Shown here in pieces: positions 16,874 through 26,621 of a stretch of DNA of 38,492 nucleotides; the first letter of the stretch is position 1; the number at the start of each line of letters is the position of its first letter. The stretch spans positions 1 to 38,492 of the forward strand of contig JAFGSC010000277.1 of assembly GCA_016934875.1 (NCBI GenBank), read 5' to 3'. Below the pieces are notes generated by a model. That model did no database searches. It had not been told where the DNA came from and was given only the letters and a program-made list of their open reading frames with translations. This DNA is from Candidatus Atribacteria bacterium. Lineage in GTDB: Bacteria; Atribacterota; Phoenicimicrobiia; Phoenicimicrobiales; Stramentimicrobiaceae. Position numbers and translations under genes: made by a program.

Positions 16874-17907
16874 AATATATTGGTATTATTTAAGAAGTTT
16901 GTTTTGCTTATAACTTTATCTGTCAATTGATTCATTGTTAATACTTCTATTTTACCTGAAACTTTATATCTGTCAACCATTCTGATAAGACCTGGCAAAA
17001 CATTTGTTAGATACCAATAATCCATAGAAGGATGAAACCAGAAATGACATACTAATTTGTATTCACTTACCTTTTTAAGATATTTTTGCAACAAATAAAG
17101 ATGATAATCTGATGACCAACCATAATTATCTTTTTCAAGGCTCAAAGAACTGGGAATAGCAACCAAACCGCAATTATCAATATAAGGCAAATCAATATGA
17201 TATTTCATTGGTTTTCTATAACAGGTAAACCCTTTTTGTTTTAATGCTTCGAAATTGCCTGCTGTGCCGCCAGGGAATACCATACTTCTTAATTCAATTC
17301 CCTTAGCTTTTGCATGATTTATACATGCATCAAGCTCAGAAATTGCCAATTCAGGAGGACAGTTATTATATGTAAAATCAGTATGTGAAAAAGTATGGCA
17401 TCCTATCTCGTGTTTGGTTTTAGAGTTTAGAATATCATCAATCAGGTCCTCTGCATACCATGCCGGATCAACTTTCAAATTTGTACAGGGATCATGCTGA
17501 TACCAGTCTCCTGAATTAAAAATCCAGTTTTTATTAGTAAAATATCCCGGTCTTTTCATTTCGGGATGAGCAAGACCATTAACATCTTTTTCACAATTAT
17601 TAAGAAAAAGATGACCAACAGTTGCCCAGGTAACAGGTATATTATATTTATCGAAAAGTGAAAGTATTTTCGGAAAATTAGCCCGTTCCTTTAAACCCAT
17701 TTCTACTGCTTTATCCGATCTTTTTTTTGAATAACGGAATGCCCAGGCCATTTCAAAATCGGCTGAGAATACCACGATGCCCTTTTGAAAAGGAGAAACA
17801 ACATTTTTGTTTACGCGTGGTTTAAATCCAGACCATATCAGAAAACGAGTTAAACGACCTTTGTTTTTTTTTGACAGCAAAGACCTTATTTTTAAATAAC
17901 TACTCAT
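16870..17907 (-). CDS. Polysaccharide deacetylase (CE4/NodB-homology) family protein
   Basis: 345-aa ORF. VVFSADFEMAW is an Asp-containing motif 1-like segment. GCHTFSHTDF carries the H-x-x-x-H metal motif. Confidence 0.65.
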   Translation of the reverse strand: MSSYLKIRSLLSKKNKGRLTRFLIWSGFKPRVNKNVVSPFQKGIVVFSADFEMAWAFRYSKKRSDKAVEMGLKERANFPKILSLFDKYNIPVTWATVGHLFLNNCEKDVNGLAHPEMKRPGYFTNKNWIFNSGDWYQHDPCTNLKVDPAWYAEDLIDDILNSKTKHEIGCHTFSHTDFTYNNCPPELAISELDACINHAKAKGIELRSMVFPGGTAGNFEALKQKGFTCYRKPMKYHIDLPYIDNCGLVAIPSSLSLEKDNYGWSSDYHLYLLQKYLKKVSEYKLVCHFWFHPSMDYWYLTNVLPGLIRMVDRYKVSGKIEVLTMNQLTDKVISKTNFLNNTNIL

Positions 17908-17937
17908 TTCAATAAGCGATAGCTTTATTTATAATAT

Positions 17938-19119
17938 TTATTCGTCATTAATTACTTGCTCAATAATTTCCTCAAACCTTTGAACCATGGTTTCTACAGA
18001 AAACTTTGCCAGGTGCTTTTTATAGGCTTCAGAATTTTTATCAAAACCTGTAAATTTTTCAGGTATCTTTAATAAACAATCTACCAGTGCATTTACATCT
18101 TTATAAGGAAAAAGCATGGATGATTCAGGATAAACTGTCTCTGGAATGCCTCCAACATTGGTGGCAATTACCGGTAATCCTGCATACATGCCTTCCAGAA
18201 TCGCATTCGATATTCCTTCTCCGCGCGAAGAATGAATCATGATATCTGAAATGAAAAGATATTCACTTACATTTTCGACCCTGCCGGCTAAAAACACCCT
18301 GTTTTCAAGGCCATAGTCTTTTATAACCTGAGTAATTTTATGACGTAACGGACCATCGCCAATAATAATATAATAGTATGATAATTTATCGGCTATCTGT
18401 TTCAGCGCTTTTAATACTGTATCATAGTCTTTGTAGGGAACAAGATTGGCAACAGTTATAAATACATATGTTTTTTCAAAACGATATCCAGGTATCAGTT
18501 GAGATCTTTTTTTAATAACGTCACTGGCAGTAAGAAAATTCAGGAACTTATTATCAACACCGTTGTACAGCACAAAGCGGTTTTTTCGGGGCTTTAAGTT
18601 ATTTGCATATAATCCGGCATACGAATTTGCAACAACGTAACGGCATAGGTGCACTATTAATGTCCTGATATAATGTGACACTTTTTTTGCCCTGATGCCA
18701 TGCCTGATAGAACCATTGATAAATTTAAAACAGTGCAGTGGTTTAATTAAAAATAACATAATTGATTCAAGCCTGCCCCAGGTGTAAACAATGACAGGAT
18801 TGTTCTTTTTTAAAATTATATTTAGTTCCTGCAATCGTTTAAAAAATCCCCTGGAATGAATTTTCAGCAGATTCTTTTCAAGACCGTATTCAGTGATATA
18901 GCTATCCTTTGAATGGTTCAAATATAATATCTGATGCTTATATTTTGAATCGGAGCATGCTGATACGATGGCAGCAAGCTGGCGCTCCCGGCCTCCCCTG
19001 CGAAGCGAAGAAATAAAATGTACTATAATAATTTTATCCGACAAAGGTGTTACTTTTTTAGTTGTGATTAACCTGAGCCTGTTCATCAAAATAAAGAATA
19101 CATCTTTTTTGCTACACAA
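17938..19119 (-). CDS. Glycosyltransferase family 4
   Basis: 393-aa ORF with HSSRGEGISNAILEGMYAGLPVIATNVGGIPE. Confidence 0.85.
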   Translation of the reverse strand: MCSKKDVFFILMNRLRLITTKKVTPLSDKIIIVHFISSLRRGGRERQLAAIVSACSDSKYKHQILYLNHSKDSYITEYGLEKNLLKIHSRGFFKRLQELNIILKKNNPVIVYTWGRLESIMLFLIKPLHCFKFINGSIRHGIRAKKVSHYIRTLIVHLCRYVVANSYAGLYANNLKPRKNRFVLYNGVDNKFLNFLTASDVIKKRSQLIPGYRFEKTYVFITVANLVPYKDYDTVLKALKQIADKLSYYYIIIGDGPLRHKITQVIKDYGLENRVFLAGRVENVSEYLFISDIMIHSSRGEGISNAILEGMYAGLPVIATNVGGIPETVYPESSMLFPYKDVNALVDCLLKIPEKFTGFDKNSEAYKKHLAKFSVETMVQRFEEIIEQVINDE

Positions 19120-19158
19120 ACCATTAAAATTTTTTGACTAACAATCATTGAATATGCT

Positions 19159-20382
19159 TTATGCAAAAATTTCCCGTAATGATATAGCATGATTTTCAAT
19201 ATCGAAGTACTTTTTAGCGGTTTCTCGTGCTTCAATTTTCATCCTGATTAGCTGTTGGCGATTCTGTAAGATATAACCTAACTTAAGTTTTACTTGTTCT
19301 AATGAAAGTTCTGAAACCAAGAACGAATCTACCTCATCTCTCAGATAAAGCATATTATCACTTACATTGCTGGTCAACACAGGTAACCCGGCAGCCAAAT
19401 ATTCACCAAGCTTTGTCGAAAATCCATACCTGGTTTGAATGTTAGTTTCCCTTAAAAGCAATGCAACATCATATTTTCTTAACTCCTGCGGAACACTGGC
19501 ATATGGTATTGGTTTACCTATTTTTATCAGTTGATCTAAGGAATGATGCCTAATATACTTTTCTAACTGTTGCTTAATCGTTCTGGTTCCGTTACCAATA
19601 AAGTAAAATTCTGCTTCGTTAAGAATTATTTCCTTTATTTCCTTTATTGCTTTAAACATTAGAAATATAGAATCCTTTTTCTTTGTAAATGTACCCATGT
19701 AAACAAATTTTACCAAAGGATTTGGTTTGTTAGTTGACTGTTCAAATTTTTGAAAATCTACAACTACGGGGATCTTATAGATATTTGGATGAAATCTGTA
19801 AATTTTAAATAATCCGGAAGAGATTACTATTATTGCCGAACCTAAAAATGCTGAAAGATCTATTAAAAAAGCAAAAAGTAATTTCACTGGAAATAAAAAA
19901 ATAAACAGTAACAGGTAATATCCTTTTGGTAAAGGTACATTTAATTGCTTTCCTGTATCAAGTTCGTTTTTTTCAATTATTACCCTGTAACCATATAAAA
20001 ATTTAAGATATATGATGGTAATAATAAATAGCAGGAAATTATGGGTATATAATAAAATGATTGTGTTCTTTTTATTAAATCGTTGATTTACAAATTTTAC
20101 AAGTTTCGAAGGCCTTAAAAAATCAAATAAATTGATAAAATTTCTATAAAGGTAACTATCAGTTTTATCCTGAATATTTAAAAAATTCAATGAACTATTA
20201 TCGCATCGGTTAAAACCGGTTGTTCGGTTTGAAATATAAAATTGATTGAGATCGAGTGAATAGAACTCACAGGAATCTCCCAGCGCTTTTTTATAACAAC
20301 TTATTCTTGAGTAGGCTGCCCCAACTCTTTGGTATAGATGTGAGTCTGTAATAATCAGAATGTTTTTGTTAACTTGATTCAT
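19159..20382 (-). CDS. Glycosyltransferase (GT-B/GT4-like C-terminal domain) with internal hydrophobic segments
   Basis: 407-aa ORF with FSTKLGEYLAAGLPVLTSNVSD. The central segment is strongly hydrophobic. Confidence 0.6.
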   Translation of the reverse strand: MNQVNKNILIITDSHLYQRVGAAYSRISCYKKALGDSCEFYSLDLNQFYISNRTTGFNRCDNSSLNFLNIQDKTDSYLYRNFINLFDFLRPSKLVKFVNQRFNKKNTIILLYTHNFLLFIITIIYLKFLYGYRVIIEKNELDTGKQLNVPLPKGYYLLLFIFLFPVKLLFAFLIDLSAFLGSAIIVISSGLFKIYRFHPNIYKIPVVVDFQKFEQSTNKPNPLVKFVYMGTFTKKKDSIFLMFKAIKEIKEIILNEAEFYFIGNGTRTIKQQLEKYIRHHSLDQLIKIGKPIPYASVPQELRKYDVALLLRETNIQTRYGFSTKLGEYLAAGLPVLTSNVSDNMLYLRDEVDSFLVSELSLEQVKLKLGYILQNRQQLIRMKIEARETAKKYFDIENHAISLREIFA

Positions 20383-21635
20383 GGAATTTGTTTAACTTCA
20401 TTTTTCAATTTTTTTGTTAAATGCTTGTCATAAAAATATTTATCAAATATAAGCGCAAAGATCAATCCATAGAAAAATAATGAATAATTAACCAATGTAA
20501 ACTGAACCCAAAAGTAAATTAGAAATGCAAAAAAAGATCCCCAGTAATTAGTTGCTCTGGCATTTTTATACAATTTCCATGCTAAAAGAAACCAAAAACT
20601 AAATAATAAAAAGCTACCGGCCAAACCATAAGAAACAAGATGTGATAGATAACCAACATGTATCTGTGAGCTTCCAATAGCCTTAGAGGCTTCTTCAATT
20701 TCAGGAGTGAGGTGTACCCCTGTGCCAAAATACATATTTTTTGGGAAAAAAAGGGCAAATGTTTTAAAAGCTCCATACCTGGTGGTCTCCTTAATAGATC
20801 CTTCACTAAATAACCTCATATCTATCCATTTATCAATATCATATCCCAGAAACAATATTCCGCGGTAAAGAACCAGAAAAATAATTACCGACAGTAAAGC
20901 ATACTTAATGACCCCAACAAATTTTAATTTGTTTACAACAGCAACTTGTAAAGTAAGGATGACAAATCCTATCATCAAGTGCCTTCCATTCGACAGGATC
21001 GCAATCATACCGCCAAAAAGCAGGAACAATACATAGTTTCTATCCTTCTTGTAAAGCATATAACCTGTTAAAACCGACAACAGCGGTAAAAATGACAGGC
21101 CGATTTCATTCCGGTCAGCAAATCCAAATATGGATAACCTCCTTAATTGATAAATATTTACATCCAGTACATTTACATTCTCGCTGAAAACTCTTGGTGA
21201 AAAAAAGTCTTGGTCAAAAAACTGAATTATTGAAACAATTACAGCCACGACTACTGTAATTTTTATTATGCGAATGCTGGTTCTTATAAATATTTCACTG
21301 AAATAAGAGTTGCTAATAATTAAAATGACACATAGAGCAGCAATTTCTGAACTGTTCAACAGAAAAGAAATAATCCCCTTTTGCTCTATTAATCCATTGA
21401 AAAAAGCCCATATAAACAAATAAAAGATGTACAGTACAAGGTAAAAAAGAAATCCCGGGCGGTTGGCTATTTTTTTTTTGGTAAGGTAAATAAATGTAAC
21501 CATATAGGTGAGCATTTTAAAATACATGATATGCGAGTACTTTACCATACCGTTAACTACCAGGTAATAAGCAATAACCGGTATAAACAGCATTAAAAAA
21601 AACAGCACGTATGAAAGAATTCTTGGCTTAAGCAT
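20379..21635 (-). CDS. wzy: O-antigen polymerase/ligase-like polytopic membrane protein (Wzy-type)
   Basis: 418-aa ORF with about 10 or more hydrophobic spans and a larger loop (...SEGSIKETTRYGAFK...). It sits among glycosyltransferases in a Wzx-containing locus. Confidence 0.6.
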   Translation of the reverse strand: MLKPRILSYVLFFLMLFIPVIAYYLVVNGMVKYSHIMYFKMLTYMVTFIYLTKKKIANRPGFLFYLVLYIFYLFIWAFFNGLIEQKGIISFLLNSSEIAALCVILIISNSYFSEIFIRTSIRIIKITVVVAVIVSIIQFFDQDFFSPRVFSENVNVLDVNIYQLRRLSIFGFADRNEIGLSFLPLLSVLTGYMLYKKDRNYVLFLLFGGMIAILSNGRHLMIGFVILTLQVAVVNKLKFVGVIKYALLSVIIFLVLYRGILFLGYDIDKWIDMRLFSEGSIKETTRYGAFKTFALFFPKNMYFGTGVHLTPEIEEASKAIGSSQIHVGYLSHLVSYGLAGSFLLFSFWFLLAWKLYKNARATNYWGSFFAFLIYFWVQFTLVNYSLFFYGLIFALIFDKYFYDKHLTKKLKNEVKQIP

Positions 21636-21745
21636 TTCTACATGTTCTATATGTACTTAATTTATTTTAAAATATTTATAGTTATAAGTGTCTTTGAAAT
21701 CTTAATCTTAAGTATAAAAATTCAGAATAATTTTTAAAATTCATT

Positions 21746-22572
21746 TTATTTTTTAGTAAAATACCTGCAGGCCCAACTCGAATAGTTTAGAAAAACTGAA
21801 ATATTTCGTTCAACGAAAAATTCTTTAACAGCTTTCTGGCAACCACTATATACACCATAATCATCAATTATTATGAAACCATTCGGAACAACTTTGTCAT
21901 ATAAATAATTTAAACAGATTTTTGTAGATTCATAATAATCACCATCCAGCCTTAAAATGGCTATCTTGTTTATTTGCCCTGAAGCCTGCGGCACAGTATC
22001 CTGAAACCAGCCTTTGTGATAATTTACCAATTCTTTATCATATCCAATTACCTGTTCGATCAGATGTTTACATTCATTTATATCACCGGGGCCGCCAAAT
22101 CTGTCATAGATACCTTTTAAGGGTACCAGTTCTCCCTTTACAGGGGCATTATTCCCCATAGACTGTTTTACTTCTTCAATGGCCCTTTCTCCATCCAGTT
22201 CTTCATTAGGGGCACAAATCTCTTCAAATGCATCAAAGAGATGCAATTTTCTTCTCCCAGCACCATATTTAAGATTCGCCAGCGCCATTAAACCAACAGC
22301 CCCGTCTTTCCAAACGCCACATTCTACATAGTCGCCTTCAATTTTGTTTTTCTCGCAAAACACAACCTGCTCATACAGGGTAACCAGATTTTGATACGGG
22401 AGCATGGTATTTTTTTGTACAACTTTAATGGCTTCGTTTGCATCCTGTTAAAATTCGTAACCCAAATTGCGATCTACATCATGATAAAAAGAAATATCCC
22501 CGTCTTTTTTGTATTTTACCAAATCGACACCAAAATATCTTAAAGCCTTCTTATTTTATTTTTCATACTCAT
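21746..22572 (-). pseudogene. TylF/MycF-type O-methyltransferase; 5' region broken by one frameshift and one in-frame TAA, catalytic part intact as ORF 21746-22405
   Basis: The ORF has ECGVWKDGA, LHLFDAFEE and LRLDGDYYEST. Upstream in the same frame is KKALRYFGVDLVKYKKDGDISFYHDVDRNLGYEF*QDANEAIKVVQKNT-MLPYQ, with TAA at 22448-22450. The ATG at 22572 (MSMKNKIRRL*) is in a different frame, 3 nt after the upstream stop. Confidence 0.55.
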
Positions 22573-22575
22573 GTT

Positions 22576-23925
22576 TTATTCAGGTTTATCTGACTTTATT
22601 TGAATTTTTTCAATATCGTGATTAAAAATATGAATCAAACTTTTAGCCTGATTCCCAGGCAAAAGTTGTTTTTGTCCCAGTTCTGCACAATTTCTGGTCA
22701 TTGCCAGGTACTCACTATCGCCCAAATTCACCACATAATTAATTCCTGTGGCTAAATCCCGGCAGTCTTTCAGTTTTGCCCTGTATCCTGTTTTACCTGT
22801 TATAACGAGGTCAAGCGCCACGCCCATTTCAAAAGCCACCACCGGAGTACCGCACATAATTGCCTGGTTTATCATCATGGGGCCCGAATCTTCAACAGAA
22901 GGGCTCAGAAACAAATCTGCAGCCTGAAAAGCAAGAGCAAGCTCAGTATGCGCCAGGTAACCTAAAAACGAATGATCAAATGGCATATTTCCCCTTAACT
23001 CTTCGCTCACACGACCGGCAATGGCCAGGTAAACATCCTGCCAACCGGTCATTTCATTTTTCAGTATTTCCAGTGATTTAATGAGTTCAATGTAACCTTT
23101 ACGACCGGAGTTAACACTCATTGCCCCAAAAAAAATAATCTTCCTGTTAACCGGCAAATGAAAATATTGCCTGGCCTGTTTCTTATTACCCGGCCTGTAA
23201 ATTTCATTATCTATGCCCAGTAAAATTTTATACCTGGATTTTTCTTTAAACATGCTGCCCTGTTGCAGTTGCCGGTATTGATATTCTGTTGCGGCAACAG
23301 CCGTAATATTTGTCTTTAAAATCCGTTCTTTTTTAAACAACCAGTTCATACGCGATTGATCGTTCGCCTTAACAGAGTACATTGCAGGACAATTACCACA
23401 ACTGTTTAAATAGCCTTTACAATCCCATGCATAATGGCACCCTCCGGTCATAGGGGCCATATCCATCATATAAATATATACAGGGGCATTGGTTATTTCA
23501 TTCAGTTCGTAAATATTTTTGAAAGAAAGAAAATTCTGCATAAAAGTCACGATAATGGCATCCGGTTTAAATCTGGTTTTGTTTAGTATCTTTTTTGTTG
23601 AACTGTATGTAACCGTCTGATCATAATCCTGTACACTATAATTTGAATCGGTTTTTGGTGATTTCCTGGTTAAAACTCCCAGAATCAGCAGTCTATTCTG
23701 CAATTTATTGAAAAGTCTTTTCCTGAAATGGGCAAAACAACTTTCATACGGTATGATATTTTTGTCGGGATAACGTGCCCAGGGTTTCACTACAACTTTC
23801 GCATCAATTTCTGCAAAAGAGCTCAATCCTTTATATAAATCCAATACAACTATACCTGCTGTCTTATAAGGATTTGAGGCAGATAAAATTAAAATACGTG
23901 TTCTTTTATTTCGCCCAGATACCAT
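22576..23925 (-). CDS. Glycosyltransferase family 4 with a Cys-rich insert
   Basis: 449-aa ORF with TGGCHYAWDCKGYLNSCGNCP and SPSVEDSGPMMINQAIMCGTPVVAF. Confidence 0.75.
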   Translation of the reverse strand: MVSGRNKRTRILILSASNPYKTAGIVVLDLYKGLSSFAEIDAKVVVKPWARYPDKNIIPYESCFAHFRKRLFNKLQNRLLILGVLTRKSPKTDSNYSVQDYDQTVTYSSTKKILNKTRFKPDAIIVTFMQNFLSFKNIYELNEITNAPVYIYMMDMAPMTGGCHYAWDCKGYLNSCGNCPAMYSVKANDQSRMNWLFKKERILKTNITAVAATEYQYRQLQQGSMFKEKSRYKILLGIDNEIYRPGNKKQARQYFHLPVNRKIIFFGAMSVNSGRKGYIELIKSLEILKNEMTGWQDVYLAIAGRVSEELRGNMPFDHSFLGYLAHTELALAFQAADLFLSPSVEDSGPMMINQAIMCGTPVVAFEMGVALDLVITGKTGYRAKLKDCRDLATGINYVVNLGDSEYLAMTRNCAELGQKQLLPGNQAKSLIHIFNHDIEKIQIKSDKPE

Positions 23926-25270
23926 AATCCCTGAAATTTATAATCTTTCGATACTGCACGTAGCAAAAAGATAAACTTAAAATTTGCGCTATAATGGTAG
24001 CAGCTATTACACCGGTAATACCAAAACCCATATACTTAGCCAGGAAAATTGACAGGGGAATATTTAAAACCGCGCCTGTTAATGCCAGAATCATCTGCAA
24101 TTTTATTTTTCCTATTCCGTTGATAAAGTGTGTAAGTAGGGTATTTAAAGATTGCAGGGCGATAAACAGCGCCCATGCTGCAGAAAGGATAAAGGGTATA
24201 ATCACTTTATCACCCACCCATAAATAATAAACGTATTTTGAAAGTAAAAGCATGATAACAATTAAAACCACCGCGAGCAACCATAATTGCAACAGTTTTT
24301 TTATTGATCGGGTGATCCATTGGATATCCTTTTTAATATAAGCCTCGGTTATGGCAGACCAGAACGGGGTAACAATTATCAGGAACCCCATGAGCACCAG
24401 GCCAAAATAGCGGTGTGCAATCTGATAAGGGGTAACTTCGGCCGGCGAAAACAGTTGTGTTATAATCATATTATCTGTTGTGTACAGCACTACCGAAGAA
24501 ATCTGGATAATGAAGAATTTACCCCCGAGATTTACAACATCTTTCAGCAAGCGGAAATCGAACAATCTGAAAGAAGGTTTATATTTTCTATATTGCTTTT
24601 TAAACAGAATAAGGGTGAAAACAAACAGCATGATAACCGGCGCTGCGCTGTATGAAACGCCAAGATAAAGCAGTGAATCTTTAGTGGTTTTGATAAGAAT
24701 ATAGAGAACCACCAGGTTTAATAACTTTCCACTTGTAGTGATTAAATCTTTATAGGCCGGCCTTTGATCGGCAAACAGGATATTATTGATTAACTGTATT
24801 ACCAACCGGATGAAGAAAAAACCGAATGTGATCAGAACCAGCGAATTTAATTCGTTAACGGGTATTTCAGTCGTGTTTAAAATAACCTGCCAGTTAAGAA
24901 AATTATTGACAATAAAAAACAATAGAAACAGTACTAATGATATAAGACCTAAACTACTATATGCAGTGGAAATATATTTAGTCGCCATTTCGTCATTTTT
25001 TTCTGAAAATGCTTCTGCCAGTTTATTTCTAAGCCCATGGCCCAGGCCTACATCAAAGAATCCGAACCACATGATTATGGAGCTTAGTGTAAGCCAGATA
25101 CCGTACCTTGTTGCATCGAGGTAAGAAAGCGCTAGCGGCACAATAAGAATGCCTGTAAAAATATCAATACCTTTTAAGATAAACGAATAAAAAATATTCT
25201 TTTTTGCTTTTACAGTACGTGGCTGTCCTTTTGTAAAGTATGATATAACTAACTGATATGGCCTTTTCAA
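23906..25270 (-). CDS. wzx: Oligosaccharide flippase (Wzx, MOP superfamily)
   Basis: 454-aa polytopic membrane ORF with about 12 or more hydrophobic spans, in a polysaccharide locus. Confidence 0.7.
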   Translation of the reverse strand: MKRPYQLVISYFTKGQPRTVKAKKNIFYSFILKGIDIFTGILIVPLALSYLDATRYGIWLTLSSIIMWFGFFDVGLGHGLRNKLAEAFSEKNDEMATKYISTAYSSLGLISLVLFLLFFIVNNFLNWQVILNTTEIPVNELNSLVLITFGFFFIRLVIQLINNILFADQRPAYKDLITTSGKLLNLVVLYILIKTTKDSLLYLGVSYSAAPVIMLFVFTLILFKKQYRKYKPSFRLFDFRLLKDVVNLGGKFFIIQISSVVLYTTDNMIITQLFSPAEVTPYQIAHRYFGLVLMGFLIIVTPFWSAITEAYIKKDIQWITRSIKKLLQLWLLAVVLIVIMLLLSKYVYYLWVGDKVIIPFILSAAWALFIALQSLNTLLTHFINGIGKIKLQMILALTGAVLNIPLSIFLAKYMGFGITGVIAATIIAQILSLSFCYVQYRKIINFRDYGIWAK

Positions 25271-25395
25271 CGCAATAAATTATTAATAAATAATCGCATG
25301 TTTTACAAACACAAACATGAATAAATAATTAGATTCTGTATATTTTATAATATTCCAGTGAGAAAACAGCATAGAGTTTATAAATGACTTTCTCA

Positions 25396-26211
25396 TTACT
25401 CTTTTTTTGCCTCAACAAATAATGATTTCGGGTCAAAAATGATCCCCTCTTTTACATCCAATTCATATTTGGGCCAATCAGGGATATCGCTGTCAAAAGG
25501 ATTTTTTATAGATACTATCTGAAAACCGCTCTGCTTTAACAATCGTATCAGTGAAAATCTGTCGTACATCCACAAATGATTTTCTCCACTCAGCCTGAAT
25601 TTTCCTACTTTAGCAGCTTCGCCTGGAATTGAATCCCGAATGCCAGACAACACTTTTTTTATTACTCTTTTTATGGTAGTTCTTATTTTTGTCTTCTTAT
25701 CAGAATTTTTAAAAACAACATAATCATTCCTGTTTTTAAGTCCCACATAGCCTATTCGTTCAATCACATAATCGTCATTAATAATTTCCGGTTGTCTCAA
25801 ATACTCTCCCATCTGACCCCCGGAGTAATTGCGAACTACCTGATCATATAATTCAAGCATAATCCAATCATAATCAGCTTCAGAACGTTTATTTGTATTT
25901 TCAATATTTTCTTTGAGCAACCTTTTGTATTCATCAATAATATTTTCCAGATCGGGGACTACAACACGCATAATTCCATTAGGCCTTAATACCCGGTAAC
26001 ACTCTTTTACAAATTCATTTGCTTTCTCTTTAGGTATATGTTCCAAGACCTGCGAATGATAAACAACCTGAAAATAATTATCGGGGAAAGGAATACCCTT
26101 CAGCAAATTTACAGCTACAACATCAGGGGAATTTGATTTTAAATCCAGGTTGATCCAATCCGGATGATATTTTTTTCCGCAACCAACATTAAGGTAATTG
26201 ATTTTATTCAC
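25396..26211 (-). CDS. Class I SAM-dependent methyltransferase
   Basis: 271-aa ORF. Motif I is LNVGCGKKY and the post-I region is VLRPNGIMRVVVPDLE. Confidence 0.75.
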   Translation of the reverse strand: MNKINYLNVGCGKKYHPDWINLDLKSNSPDVVAVNLLKGIPFPDNYFQVVYHSQVLEHIPKEKANEFVKECYRVLRPNGIMRVVVPDLENIIDEYKRLLKENIENTNKRSEADYDWIMLELYDQVVRNYSGGQMGEYLRQPEIINDDYVIERIGYVGLKNRNDYVVFKNSDKKTKIRTTIKRVIKKVLSGIRDSIPGEAAKVGKFRLSGENHLWMYDRFSLIRLLKQSGFQIVSIKNPFDSDIPDWPKYELDVKEGIIFDPKSLFVEAKKE

Positions 26212-26621
26212 TTGAATATTAAATAATAATTAATTTTATTAGTGTAACTTATCATTAAATTTTTTTGCATTTCCTTTTAAGAAATTTTTGAATAAAATTT
26301 TAATGAACGTTTTATTTGTTTAATAATTATTTTTTTAGTATTATTCACTATGTCTTCCATTGTTTCTTATGGGATGACACACAAACCATACCCTGATAAA
26401 TATTATAGTATAATGTTTTTATGTAATACAAGTTGCTTTTGATGCACTGATTTTGCTCCCAGTTGAATCTATGCAACAAACTGATTACAAAATTTTTTAT
26501 TTATAATTAACATGAATAAATGATTGTCTTTAATGGTTATCTTTAAATTCAAAAACAAGAATTATTATGGTCTTTGTAAAAATAATAGATTTAAATCAAT
26601 GATATCTTACGGAGCTATAAT

